Shown here piece by piece: positions 39,801 through 52,319 of a stretch of 64,000 nucleotides of DNA (positions are counted from its first letter, which is position 1; the number at the start of each line of letters is the position of its first letter). The notes below the pieces were generated by a model, which did not search any database, had not been told where the DNA came from, and saw nothing but the letters and a program-made list of their open reading frames with translations. The stretch covers positions 32,324-96,323 of the forward strand of contig NW_005434551.1 in the NCBI RefSeq assembly GCF_000315625.1. The letters run 5' to 3'. The translations under genes were made by a program, and so were the position numbers. Source of the stretch: Guillardia theta CCMP2712 (Eukaryota; Protista; Cryptophyta).

Positions 39801-42800
39801 CCAGCATCGTTGCCAGCAACCCCAACACCCAGCAGAGCGTCTACTCGCCCGGTGACGTCATCACAGTCTACTTCAACCAGGCGACAGACATGGCCAAGTT
39901 TGCCCCTTGCGACTCCTCTGCTATCCTGAGCTCAACGTCATCTGACAACCAATGCTGCTCGTTCCCCGTGTGCGACTGCCCCGTCCTCTCCAAGGAAGAG
40001 GTCGACTCTCTCTTCGACTTCTCCGACTCCCTCGGCTCCAACTACACAGGAAGGTGGCTCAACAAGGCCAAGGTAACTCCTTCCTTTCCTCTCCCCTCCT
40101 CTTACTCTCTGCCTTACTCCCTTCCCTCCTGCAGGAGTTCGAGATCACCGTGCACAACACGACTGGCGCAGCTCCTCCTTCTATCGGCCACTCCATCATC
40201 ATCTCTGTGACCTCTAGAGGACGAGCCATCCGGTCTGCAGACAGCTCCTCCGAGCCCTCGAGCATGAAATCTCCTCCTCTCAACGGGAGCTTCGGCCCTG
40301 CAGACGTCCGGATTCTACAGCTGGTAGCGCAGGACCCTGTCAACGTTGACCCGTCGTACAATCCGGGGGACACAATCGTCGTGCAGTTCAACAGGGATAC
40401 AAACTTGGGAGATCTGCCAGAGCAAGGGATCAGCAGGAAGCAGATTGACAACTTGATCTCTTTCAACCTTCCCATCGTAATTTCTCTCCTCCTCCTCCTC
40501 CTTTCCTCTCTCTCCTCCTCTCCTCCTCCCCTGCTCCCCTCCTCTCTAACTTTGCCTCCTATCTCACCTTCTCTTGCTCCTTCTCCTCCTCCTACTTCTT
40601 TCTGCCTTCCCCTTCCTCTTCCTCATCGTTCTCTCCTCTTGTTTTCCACTTCCCCCTCCTCCCTTCTTCTCATGTTCTCCTCCTCTCCCCTCTCGCTTGT
40701 CTTGCTCCCTTACCCCCACCTTCTCCTCTTCTTCCCACTGAGTGTACCTCCCCAGGGAACGAATTACACCGGCTCTTGGGTGTCCTGCAGCAAGTTGAAG
40801 ATCACAGTAGAGAACGTGACAGGAGCAGCCCCGCCCGTGATTGGCTACCTAACTGCTCGTATTCTTCCTACCGGCAACCTCCGCAACTTCCCCAGCGCCT
40901 CCTCCCCCAGCTCCGATCAGTTCGCCGGATTCCTCTCGGGAGATTTCGGACCTCCTGCCATCGAGTTCACTGGTGTGTCCTCCTTCTCCCTCTCCCTCCT
41001 CCTGCTCCTCCTCCTCTCTCCGTCTACCCTCCCTCTTCCTCTCCCTCCTCTTTCTGTTTACCTCCTCCATGTTGTATCCCTCCTCTTTCTCTCCCTTCTT
41101 CGCCTCTTTCTTCCTCTCCCTCTTCTCCTCCCCGCTCCTTCCTCTCCCTCCCTGACGCCTTTGCAGACGTCCGCGCCTTCGACAGCGGCAACGGGACCGG
41201 AAGGTACGAGAGGGGAGACTACATCCTTCTCCAGCTCAACGAGCCTTGCGATCAAGGAGGTCTCCCCCAGTACCTCTCAAAGCAGCAGCTCGATCAGCTC
41301 CTCAACATGTCACAGAGCCTAGGAAAGAATTACTCAGGAGAATGGCTGGACATCCAAGAATGGATCCCTTCAGTCGGCACAGGCGTTCTTCCTGCCTTCT
41401 CCTCCTCCAGCGCTATCAGGATCACAATTCTCGACCCTACCGGCGCTGCTCCTCCCACCGTCGACACCTTCCGTGTTGCCTTCAGGGCCAGTGCCAACGT
41501 TCGCAACATCCCACCAGTCTGCCGTCCGTCCGTGAAAACGTCTCCTCCTCTCACAGGAAACTTCGGGCAGACCAACATCCGCATCACCTCGCTCTCAGCT
41601 CGCTACAACCAGACCTGTGTTGGAGGCTGTGACGCCGTCTACGGCAACGGGGATATGATCGACATCGCCTTCTCCGAGGACGTCACCTTCTGCTACCCTT
41701 CCTGCTCCTGCTCCGACCCAGCAGACAACTCTCCTTACTGCCCGCGTCCTCTCGACGAGTACGTGAGGCAAGAAGTGCTCGAGCAAGCGTTCGAGTGGTC
41801 GCAGCGTCTCGGCGCTTCCTACTACGGCAGGTGGCTGAGCAAGAGCAGTCTCCGCATCATCATAACCAACGCGTCTGGCGCGGACCCCCCAGCTGTATAC
41901 CAGCTGCAAGTCAAGGTGACGCCTCGGGCTCAGATCAAGAACTTTCCTCCTACAGGCAACTACTCTATCCCCCTCTCGGATACTCTCTGCTCGAACGAGA
42001 GGCTGGCTGGCTCGCTGACCTGCGGCTTCGGGCCAGGGGACGTTGAAATCGAGCGAGTCGTGGCTGTCCCGTACACCATGGACATCGAGTACCCGGGGAA
42101 GATCTCGGCCGGGGACAAGATCCTTGTGCAGTTCAACCAGCCGACAACTCGCGGGAGCCCCATGCTCTGCGTCGGGGGGACGCGCGACGGCCTCGCTTGC
42201 TCGAGCATCCTCGACGACACGACCTGCCGAGACCGATACATCGACCCTTTGACCCGCCTGCCTGTGCTGCTGAGCACCGGAGGAACCTGTACCTTCTCTC
42301 CCCTCCCCAAGTACCAGATGCTCAAGAAGGAGATCGTGGACGCGCTCTTTGACTTTAGTGTCCCTCTTGCTGTGGACTACGAGGGCCAGTGGGAGGACGC
42401 CTGTGCCTCCACTAGCGCATGTGACGTGGCGGGGAGCCCGGAGGATCGCGTTTTCGCTATCACGATTCTCGAGGTGGACCACACGAGCATAGACCGAGGT
42501 CTCATTCGCACTCCGTCCGTGGGATGCGGAGCATGCGTGAATGCATACGAGTTCCGCGTCACCATCAAGGTCAGCGGGGACCTGAGAAACGTTCCTGCTG
42601 CCTGTATCCCTCAGAAATCTTTGTCTCCTCCCTTGGAAGGATCCTTCGACAAGCCTGTGATCCAGATCGACTGGGTAAGACCGACGGCTTCGAGCGCTTG
42701 TCTGCAACTCCCTCCCTCCCTCCCTCCCTCCCTACTCCCTCCCTCCCTCCCTCCCTCCCTCCATTCCTCCATTCCTCCCTCCCTCCCTCCCTCCCTCCCT

Positions 42801-44700
42801 CCCTCCCTCCATTCCTCCCTCCCTCCATTCCTCCCTCCCTCCATTCCTTCCTATCGTCTGCCAGCTTCTACCCTCACCAATGCACACCTTCTCCACTCAC
42901 ACCTCTTTCATTCCTACTCCCTCCTTCGTTCTGCTCTGCTCCCTCCTCCTCCTCCTCCTCCTGCTCCTGCTCCTGCTCCTCCTCCTTCTCCTTGGTTTTC
43001 TCCAGGTGCAACAGCACCTGCTCCTGCACCTGCTCCTTCTCCTCCTGCTCCTCCTCCTCCTCCTGCTCCTCCTTCTCAAGCTCCTTCTCCTTCTGCCATC
43101 GCTCTGACATCTTGCTATCAGATCATCGCTGACGATCCTGGCAACCGCAACAGCTGGTACTCACCAGGAGACACTATCACCATCGTCTTCAATCAGCCGA
43201 CAAACCTGGCAGGCCTCTACCCAACCAACATCCCCAAGTCGCAGATCGACTCTCTGTTGATCTTTAGTGAGACCATTGGCGCTGACTATACAGGGGCATG
43301 GCAATGCCGGTACAGCTCCAAGGAACTCTGCAAGTCTTGGGAGATCTACCAGGACGGTGCCAACGTCGTGAACTTTTCTCGGTGGGCTCTTGGTAAGTCC
43401 AGCGGTTGAGGGAGGGAAGGAAGGAGCTAGAGGAGGAAGTGGAGGAGGCAGTGCGGGAAGGAGCAGAGGTTGGAGAAGCAGGAGGCAGGAGAGGAGCAGC
43501 ATACTGTGGTAGAAAACTCTGACCTGCATGTTTGCAACAGAGATCACGATCAAGAGCATCGCAGGCATCCGTAACCTCAACAAGTGTATTGACCAGATCA
43601 ACGGCTGTGAAGAAGCCTCGGTCGACCTTGGGACCTTCACAGTTTCTCTCAGAGGGACTGGGCCTTACCTGGACTGGGCCTCTCCCTTTGCCGGGAGTGG
43701 GCCGGGGATCAGGAACTTCCCTGCGCAGAGTGCAGCGAGCACGTTCAGCAAGAGGGGACTGTCGGGCCAGTTCGGAAGGAGGATCGAAGTGTATGACGTC
43801 ATCCCAAAGCAGATCCCCGTCCTCGGAGCCTTCATCACCATCGTAGGACGCGGCTTCGGGTCCAACCCCAACATCATCTCTGTCTCAGTAGGGAAGCAGG
43901 TTATCAGCGGGGTGAGCATGCCGAACGGGTACACCTCACCCGTCCCACTACGGGTGGGTCAGGCGCTAGTGGTCATGGCGCCGGTAGGGAGCGGGTCGAG
44001 AGGGCTAGAGGTCATCGTGTCGATCAGATATGAGTTCTCTGCGGAGACCTTCACTGCCCGATGCCCGACAGTCATCTTTTATGCTCCTCCTGAGATCACC
44101 AGGGTGACTCCTGACCGCCTGACCCTCGCGCGCTCGCAAGCTTTCGACGTCAGCCGATACCTGATCACTATCTCGGTACTCCCCTCCTCCTCCTCCTCTC
44201 CTCTCCTCTCACTCTCAGCTTCAGGGACGAAACTTCGGGCTGGGACCTCCGCTCCTGCCCTACCCCAAGGTTTTCTTCAGGGTGCAAGGAACAGGTGGGA
44301 GAGGAGGAGGATCCGTGTGGCTGGAGCCTGACGTTGGCGTGCAGGAGCTCAACAGTGTTCCAACCTCACCATCGTGTCTGACATGCAGCTCATTTGCGTG
44401 CTCGCAGTCAACCCGACCGTGCGAGTCGCGTCGGAGCGAGCAGACCTCGTCGTCTCCTTGGACGATCAAGCTGCCACCCTCGTCAACGCCGTCACCTATG
44501 GGCAGGTCCCGTCCTTCTGGACTCACTGCAGGCCGGAGCTGACGAGCGCGTGCTTCTCGTGCTGCGAGCTCTACTGCATGGAAGACGTCTACAGCACGGG
44601 GGAAGAGGTGAACTCACAGTTCATGCACGGCCAGTGTCACCTAAGTTGTCATGCCTTCTGCGGGTTTGCCCGCCTTGTCGATGAATCGGAAAGTAGCTGA
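30090..44700 (+). CDS. Giant secreted protein: signal peptide, 23 tandem ~120-aa beta-rich repeats, two IPT/TIG-like domains, Cys-rich tail (~18 introns, ~3,700-3,800 aa)
   Basis: Starts MSFKHRLFAVLLYSILSLDSLHQVCS. Repeat consensus is I..L.A.DP.N.D.VY..GD.I.I.F...TN.....K..VD.LF.FS..LG..Y.G.W.....L.ITV.D.TGA.PP.IG.L.V.....GNLRNFPP.S.P....SP.L.G[DN]FG. The C-terminal part has VYDVIPKQIPVLGAFITIVGRGFG and PPEITRVTP...ITIS|GRNFG (IPT/TIG-like), with the stop at 44698-44700. One apparent frameshift at ~35190, and the gap at 35894-35993 is intronic. Confidence 0.85.
35894..35993. other. Assembly gap (100 N) inside an intron
   Basis: Run of N. Confidence 1.
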
Positions 44701-45155
44701 ATGAACGCAGCTCACTCAGTAACGATGCCGCACTGCCGCACTATCGTGTCACGACTCGCCGCCTTGGCCAGCCGAGGCGGCCGCCCGCCGCCGATCATGC
44801 CACATCACCAGCCCTCAGGCTGCTCAGTCCGATCTCACGGGCACTGACCGTATCACACCCCGTCTACTGTGGCTGCCCGGCGCTGAACTTGCTCGGAAGT
44901 ACCGCCGGGCCGGCCGCGCGTCACGATAGTACTACGGCACCTTACTGCGGCAGTGACAGTAGTCCGAGTCCGTCGCCCCGGCCGGGGCGGGCCGGGCCGG
45001 CCTCCCGTGAACGAGGGCTCCTGTCCTGTCGGACGCTTCCTGGAGTCGGATAGAGTCGCCGGGTCCGGCGGACTGTTGGTTTGCCAAGCCTTGAAGTTGG
45101 CCAGTCACCGTCACGGTCGCGGCGACAGTGTCAGGGTCAAGCCTCCTCGACTCTC

Positions 45156-45207
45156 CTGATTGTCCTCGTACGGTGACTGATCGGATTTTTAACTTAACTT
45201 TGAGTAA
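45156..45207 (+). repeat. Second copy of the 40-nt dispersed motif, carrying small insertions
   Basis: CTGATTGTCCTCGTAcggtgaCTGATcggaTTTTTAACTTAACTTTGAGTAA. Confidence 0.8.
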
Positions 45208-47278
45208 AGTAGTCATGAAAGTTGCCACGCTACTAGGGCCTATCTGTCTGCTATCGGGCCTACACCCTAATCCGATCAGTCACTGAGTCACGGTTCGTGA
45301 CATGATGGCCGGCCCCGGAGTCACTACTCAGTGGCAGTGATTGACTCCCGGACTCATACTGAGTCCGGGCCGCCGCAATCATGGGCGGCGGCAGGATCCA
45401 GGCATCGATGATCGGCCCGGGCGGATCGGCGATTAAAACTTATATGCCATCCAATATTGAAACTCAGTGTACTGACTTCACAAAATCTGCTACTGAAATA
45501 CATTTATTGTTTTATATTTACTATGAATTTCTAACAAGTGTATTTATTTGCAATTCAGAAACAAGTAAGATCAAATTTTCTAATATCGAAGTAAAAAAGT
45601 ATATATCTTTAAAACTAATAATATTAAATCATTTTACTCAACCAACCAAAATTTTTTCCGGAAATAAAACAAAAGATCACCCACCCCATGGGCCCCAACT
45701 CTTCTACCCCACCCCCTATTGTATTGAATCTACCCCTGCAAGTTCTTGCCCCTCACGATGAACATGGTCATTGAGTTTTTATGGACCCACCCTTTTCCCT
45801 GTGGTTCTGTTCTGTTTTACCCCACATCCATAAAAAGTACCCACCCACCCAATCATAGAGATTCCCACCATACGTGTAACCTCACCCTACCTTTAGTCGC
45901 ATGTACCCACCTCACCCTATGCTAGTACCCTGCTCTCCATGCAGATGGTTCCTGGGAGAGATTGTACCGGTACTTTCGAAGGATTTGGAGGGGTCATGGA
46001 TTCTTGCTGGGGTCCTTGGCTAGCACGCGAGGAAAAAAGACAGGGGGGTGGGGGGTAGGGTGGGGGGTGGGGTGGGCACGAGCGTGAACAAGACACCACA
46101 ATAAGTACTTGTTTATTTTAGGTAATAATTTAACTAATCTTTAGTATTGTTTTGGGTGCTGAAGCGGCCTTTCTCATGAGGGGGTATTACTTCATGACAG
46201 GTGATATGAAGTGAAATTATTGATCTATATTATATTATGAAAATTGATTAATTAAAATAACGCAATAAATTAAGTAATAATATGATGTACAATTTGATAA
46301 TTGTTGAGATAAGTCTGCTGGGGTAAGAGAGGTATTCAATACGTTTGAGGAAGTCATGGGAACCCCCCTCAAAATATTTTTGTGGTGGTGACGCTATCAG
46401 CGTGCCGCTTCCTCCTGCGTCCCCCGCAGGCTGTTTGCTACCTTTGCGAACCTTTCCCGCTGCCTCTTTCCCTCCTCCTTCCTCCCTCCTCCTCCTCTCC
46501 TTCTCATAGTTTATCTGCATCCTTGCCCCTGCTAGACTCGCACAGCCTACGAAGCTTTCTCGCCTTCTTTGGTCCTCCTCTCCTCCCTATCAGCATCTAC
46601 CAGAAAGAGCCACGTGGAGGGACATTCACGAGGTAGCTAGAGCTGAACCCGCAAGGCGCTTGTCGTCTATTGTTTCTCTTGGCATGCATGAGTGACGAGA
46701 GTCTGTGTATGCTCTGCGGATCCTCGTTGCGGATAGATGTTCTCTTCTGTCCCGCAGTGCATATCACGTTGGCCGCGATTTTTGACTCGGGGCCTTTCTT
46801 TGCACGAAAGATGCATGTGAATGTTTCGATGAATGACAAGATTTGGCCTTATCGTCAGCCTCAGCTTCCACGCCTGTACATTCTATGATGAATCACACTG
46901 TTTTTATCTAATGTGTTACAAATATGTCACTGCACGTGTGAACATTTTCATGGTTTCATCTGATTGCAATGGAGTGCGAGATGTCTCTAGCTTCCCCTTG
47001 TCTCATCTATAGACTTGTTGGATAGTTTCGCGGAGGAAAATCCCTCACCTCTGTGCGTGCAGGTGTATGGAATTTCCTGTGTGTTGAGAGCGGAGAGGAT
47101 CTTTTGTGACAAGTTAGAGAAAATTCTTGTCGACAACAACGGAAGTTCATCAGAGGTGAGAGTCTTGTTGGCTGGTTTGATCGTTTTTTGACGATTCGTA
47201 TTCCGAACAGTGCCGGACAGGTTCTTCGGTTGATTAAGTTTTCTCGGATCGGCCTTGGTTGGCCCCAGGGGCCTGGCC

Positions 47279-49765
47279 ATGCCTTTAAACCCTAATGCAG
47301 CCGCGTTTACATTCAATCCTGCAGCAGCGGAGTTCGTTCCGAGCTTTCTAGGTACTTGATTCAAGTGGAGGAGGAGACAGTGGGATTGACACTTCTGTTC
47401 TGTATCAGCTGCTCCAGCCTCTGAGCCCAAGGTCAACGGGACTCCCAACAAATCGGATACCGGGCGAGTGCTTTCAAAGGAGGCGCCTGAGTTTGTTCCG
47501 GGGAATTACTCCAGCCTGCCGTCCATCAACAACAACTCTACTGGAAGTGGAGTTCTGTCCAAGTCAGACCCTTCTAAGAATGACTCGGCTAGCGACGGGA
47601 CTGCCCCGCATCTCGAATCCAAGAGACCGACTGCAGTGCATGTCGCCGCTCCTAGCAGCGCTCCAGTCGTGTCTGTGCGGATGATCGACCCCCCCGAGCA
47701 TCCGCTGAAGGGAGCCAAGTACACTATCCAGCAGCTGAAGACCATGAGGCACGACTACAAGTACGTCGACATGTTCGGTACTGAGCTCAAGGAGCACATC
47801 GAGGCCTTCCGGAAGATCCTGGAGGATACTCCAGAGCTCGATCCAGAGAAGGACATGCCGGACAGGAAGCAGTCCGACTCTAACACTCCTCGCTTGAAGA
47901 GACAAGACAGCGGCGGGACAACGCCCAAGAGTGGGCGAGGGAGGAAGAACGACCAGCCACTGCGCGATCGCAGCGGCAAGATTATTGAGGTCAAGGCACT
48001 CGAGATCAGTGAGAATAGATGGAAGCCAACAAAGCCCACGGATGATGAGGAGAAGGTGTACAAGGCCGTGAAGGGTCTGCTCAACAAGCTCACCCTCGAG
48101 AAGTTCGACAAGCTTTACAACGACATCTTGAATGTCGGCATCAGCACGGCCTCGCTGTTGCGAGGATTTGTCGTGATCTTGTATGACAAGGCCGTCCTCG
48201 AGCCAACTTTTATTGGGATGTACGCGAGAATGTGTGAGAAGCTCGCTGAAGACCTGCCCGAACTCTCTGACGAGGCCGGAGTGCTTCCATTCGCAGAAGT
48301 GCTGGTTGGCAAGTAAGTGCTTCGAGGCAGTTCCAAAGCCTGTTGTTGACTTGTTTGCTTGCAGATGTCGGGCAGAGTTCGAACTGATGGGCAAGGAGGC
48401 GGAGAGAGAGGAGTTGGATCAGCTCTCTGACGACGATCGTCAACAGAAGCTGAGGAAGCTGAGGCAGCGAACTCTAGGAAACGTCGAATTCATTGGCGAG
48501 CTGTTCAAGCGCAGCATGGTGGGATCGGAGGAGGTGCACCTGTTCATTGGGAAGCTCCTTGAAGCGTCCAAGGAGGACCACGACTCGATTCAACCCCTGT
48601 GCAAACTGCTGGAGGGAGTAGGGAAGCCACTGGAGAAGACGGAGAAGAACATTGTCGACCGTTACTTCGTGCGGATTGAAGAGCTTGCGGAGATGGAAGG
48701 GTTGAGCTCTCGCTTCAAGTTCATGCTCCTCGACCTCAAGGATCTCCGATCTAACGACTGGGTCCCTCGGCGACAGGCCTCAGGGCCCAAGTTGCTGCAA
48801 GAGGTGCAGAAGGAAGTGGACAAAGAGAACCGATACACTGAGAAGAAGAAGGAGAAGGAGGACAAGAAGGGAGACAAGAAGGGCGACAAGAAGGGCGAGA
48901 AGAAGGGAGGTCACTCCAAAGATAAGAACAAGCAGAGCAAGAACGAGGACGAAGGCTGGTCTCAGGTCACCACAGCCGTCAAAGGAAAGGGTAAGAAGCC
49001 GGCCGACAAGAGGAAAAGGAACGAGCCAGCTCCCGCTCCAGCTCCAACTCCAGCTCCTCTCCCTCGATCCAACAGCGGCCAGGCTCTCAACAAGAATGCA
49101 CCCCCCAAGGGCATCTCAGCAGGCAGAGGAGGATTCGCAGCCCTTATGGATGAGGAGGAGGACGAGGACGAGGAGGAAGAGGAGGAGGAGACTTCCGAGA
49201 GCGAGGAGAGCGAGGAGAGCGACGTGGAGGATCGCATTCCTCGCAAGTCGCTCGCTGAGGAGGAGCTTGGTGAGGAGGGCGAGGGCAAAGTCGGTTCGAT
49301 CCTCGAGGAGTACCTATGTAAGCCGCTAGACCCTGGGGAGGAGGTTGTGCTGACGTCATTCCAGGTATCCACGATATCAACGAGGCCAAGGAGTGCATCG
49401 AGGAGCTGTGGAGCATTGGTTACAAGAGGAGTGCAGTCAACGAGGAGGTCATCCGTCGAGGTCTCCTCCTCGCCTTCGATGCCGGGGACCAGGAGAGCGA
49501 GCTGATGGGGAAGCTGTTCGCCAACATGGTGGAGCAGGAGGTGTTCTCCAAGGACGACGTGGCTCAGGGGATCTGCGGTGTGCTGGAGGACCTGCCGGAC
49601 ACGGCCATCGACTTTCCCAAGGCTCCGCAGCTCATGGCGAAACTCATGAAGGAGTACCTGGAGAGAGAGCTGATGAACAGAGAGCTGGTCCAGGAGGGGC
49701 TGAAGGCCCTGAGAGAAGCTTCTCCCTCCACCGCCAAGGCCTTCGAGGACTTTCCAGGCATGTAA
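47279..49765 (+). CDS. eIF4G: Translation initiation factor eIF4G-like protein (PAM2-like motifs, MIF4G, MA3; multi-exon)
   Basis: MIF4G: KVYKAVKGLLNKLTLEKFDKL...LYDKAVLEPTFIGMYARMC...LGNVEFIGELFK...SSRFKFMLLDLKDLRSNDWVPRR. MA3: KVGSILEEYL...DTAIDFPKAPQLMAKL. Candidate eIF4E-binding segment KYTIQQLKTMR. Confidence 0.93.
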
Positions 49766-49902
49766 GGCTCAAGAAACTTGCGACAGGGAGCAGGAGAGCC
49801 TGTGACTCTTCCGTGTCCTTGTGTGCCCCTTTACCCCTACTTAGTGACTGCGTTTCTTAGCACGAGTACAATTTTAGGATCGTGAATTTTCCTTATGATG
49901 TA

Positions 49903-51657
49903 CTAAATCAGAGACAAAAGGTTGTGCTCAAGATTCACGTGCTTCACTCTCCCCGTCCTCAAGGCCTCCGGGAAAACCTGCGTCGATTCATGTCAAAGTC
50001 TGAACGTGAAGCCTTCGATTTCACTCCTCCTTTCCCTCTCCCCCCCACCCCTGCCCCTTTCCTCCTCATCCTCCTCTCCGTCCTGCTCTCCTCGCCCCTC
50101 CACTTCAGCCCTCACTCACCTCAAGTTTATTGTTGGAAACGTCGAGGGTATGAAGGGAAGGGAACCACGACTCTAGCTCGTTCTTGACGTCAGGGAGCTG
50201 ACGGAGGAGGTTGTGCCTGAGGTCCAGTATCTCCACCCTCCTGCTCCTCTCGTCAGCAACCGACGGCGATGCTCGCAGGAGGCAGAGAAGAAGCTCACTT
50301 GTGCATGTGGAAATCTGGCGGGAGGGAGGTGAGGAAGTTGAACTGCGCGTGCAGCTGCTTGAGGCTGTGGAGGAAGAAGAGGTCCTTGGGGAGGGAGAGT
50401 AGTTCGTTGTGATCGACTCTGAGCACTGAAAGCTCCGGCAGGTCGCAGATGGAGCCGTCGACTTCCTGCACGTCATATGAGGAAAGGAACGCCAATAGAA
50501 ATTGCCAGCATGACCCGCAGCTTGTTGTCGGAGAGGTTGAGGGTGTGGAGGCAGTGCATGCCAAGGAGGTTGGGGAGATACTGGATCTGGTTGCTCCTTG
50601 CGCTCAGCTCCCGTAGCTGCTGTAAGGACGAGAGGCAGGAAGGGAGGTGAAGGAGCTGATTGTGATCTGCTCTGAGGACTTCGAGCTGCCGGAGATGCTC
50701 CAAGCCGTCGGGGAGGCTCTTGAGGATGTTGACTGACACGTCAAGCACTCTTAGCTGGTGGTACTCCTTCCAGCTCCTGACAGCTGACGTCAGAGAAGAG
50801 ACGTGAAACTGAACGGAGGGGGAGGAGGAGGAGGAAAGATGAAGAGGAAGGGAGGAGGAGAGAGAGAGAGGAAGAAACAGCAAACTCAAAGAAAGAGGTA
50901 AAAAGGAAAGGAAAGGAAAAGGAAAGGAAAGGGAAAGGAAAGGGGGAGGAAAGGGGGAGGAAAGAAGAACGAGGGAAAGCATTGACGGGATGAAGAGGGA
51001 GAGCAAGAGGGTGAGGAGAGAGAGGAGAGAGAGGAGAGGAGGGAAGGAGAGAAGGGAAGGGGAGAGGAAGGGGAGGGAAAGGAGGGCGAGAAGAGGAGGG
51101 CGAGGAGGGCGAGAAGAGGAGGGCGAGAAGAGGAGGGCGAGAAGAGGAGGGCGAGAAGAGGAGGGCGAGAAGAGGAGGGCGAGAAGAGGAGAGAAGAGGA
51201 GAGAAGAACTACCCCGGAAGCCTTGTCAAGCCTTCATCTGTGATCCTAACCTCGTCAAACGTTTCAGGAGGGAACCGTCGGAGCAGATCGACCCGATGTA
51301 GCCTGCGACCTCCTCGGTCTCTGCCACCCTCGTCAAAGAGGACAGCAGCTGCCGGCGAGACGTCGACGAAGGATGCAGCACTGAGGAGCACAGGCCTGAT
51401 GACAAGGTTCTTGTCGTCCCTCTTCGTTTCTCGCCAGTCAACTCGTTCTCTCGTCAGCCTGTCTTGCTCTGTCCTGCTCGTGACAGTGAGGCAGAGCAAG
51501 GGATCAAGACGCAGCACAAGCTCCCCACCTCTTTCTCTCTAGCATGGAGGCCTGTCTCCTCGCTGGAAGATGATCGTTCCCATCGTTTCTCAATGCGTAC
51601 CCCTTCGTGGTAGAGCGAAGGTCTCAGCTGGTTAGTTCCGATGCCTTTGTTGTGCAC
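49903..51657 (-). CDS. Cytoplasmic-type leucine-rich-repeat protein (multi-exon; start uncertain)
   Basis: About 9 LRRs of ~23 aa (LRVLDVSVNILKSLPDGLEHLRQLEVLRADHNQLLHLPSCLSSLQQLRELSARSNQIQYLP...). The last exon reads VFPEALRTGRVKHVNLEHNLLSLI*. Confidence 0.85.
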
Positions 51658-52319
51658 TGCCTTATGCGGTCTTTCCCTGCCCCCTCTCCTCTCCTCTGCT
51701 CTGCTCTGCTCTCCTCTCCCTTATCTCTCTTTATTGGTCACTCTTGAAGATTTCTTTTGGTGGCATGTTCAAGTGGCTGAAGTTTTTGACTTCTTTTTTT
51801 CTCGGTCACCGATTGGTTTTAAGTTACTCGGAGGCTCAAAGTTACTACTCAGTACTACACTGCCCACGCCGCCATTCGGAAGTTCAGTGACTGACTACCG
51901 TAGTACGAGCCCGGCTGAGTATGGGAAGTGACTGAGGCCCGGGACCGTGACTCCGAGGACCTGACAGAGACAGTGAGGCTTGTGAAACAGTCGGACTGAG
52001 CCTCAGCGGCCGGCCCGGGCTGGCAAACTTGAAACTCGGTCGACTTGAAACTTTTGGCAGTCCGATAGCACCGATATGCGAGCCTGCTTTGCGACCTAGT
52101 CTTGGAGGGGCTTCAAACACTCAGCCAAAGGGAGCTGAAGGGGCTTTCGAGACTCTCGGAACTCTCAACGGTCAAGTATCAGTGTAGGATATTTTGCAAA
52201 TCTTTCGACGCGAGCGCTGAGACCGTCCGGGCTGAGACTTCAGCAGTACTACCGTAAGAACGTGACCCTAGCTGTGAGAGCCTCAGGTTGTATTCAGTGT
52301 GGTCGTTGGAGCGCATTGC

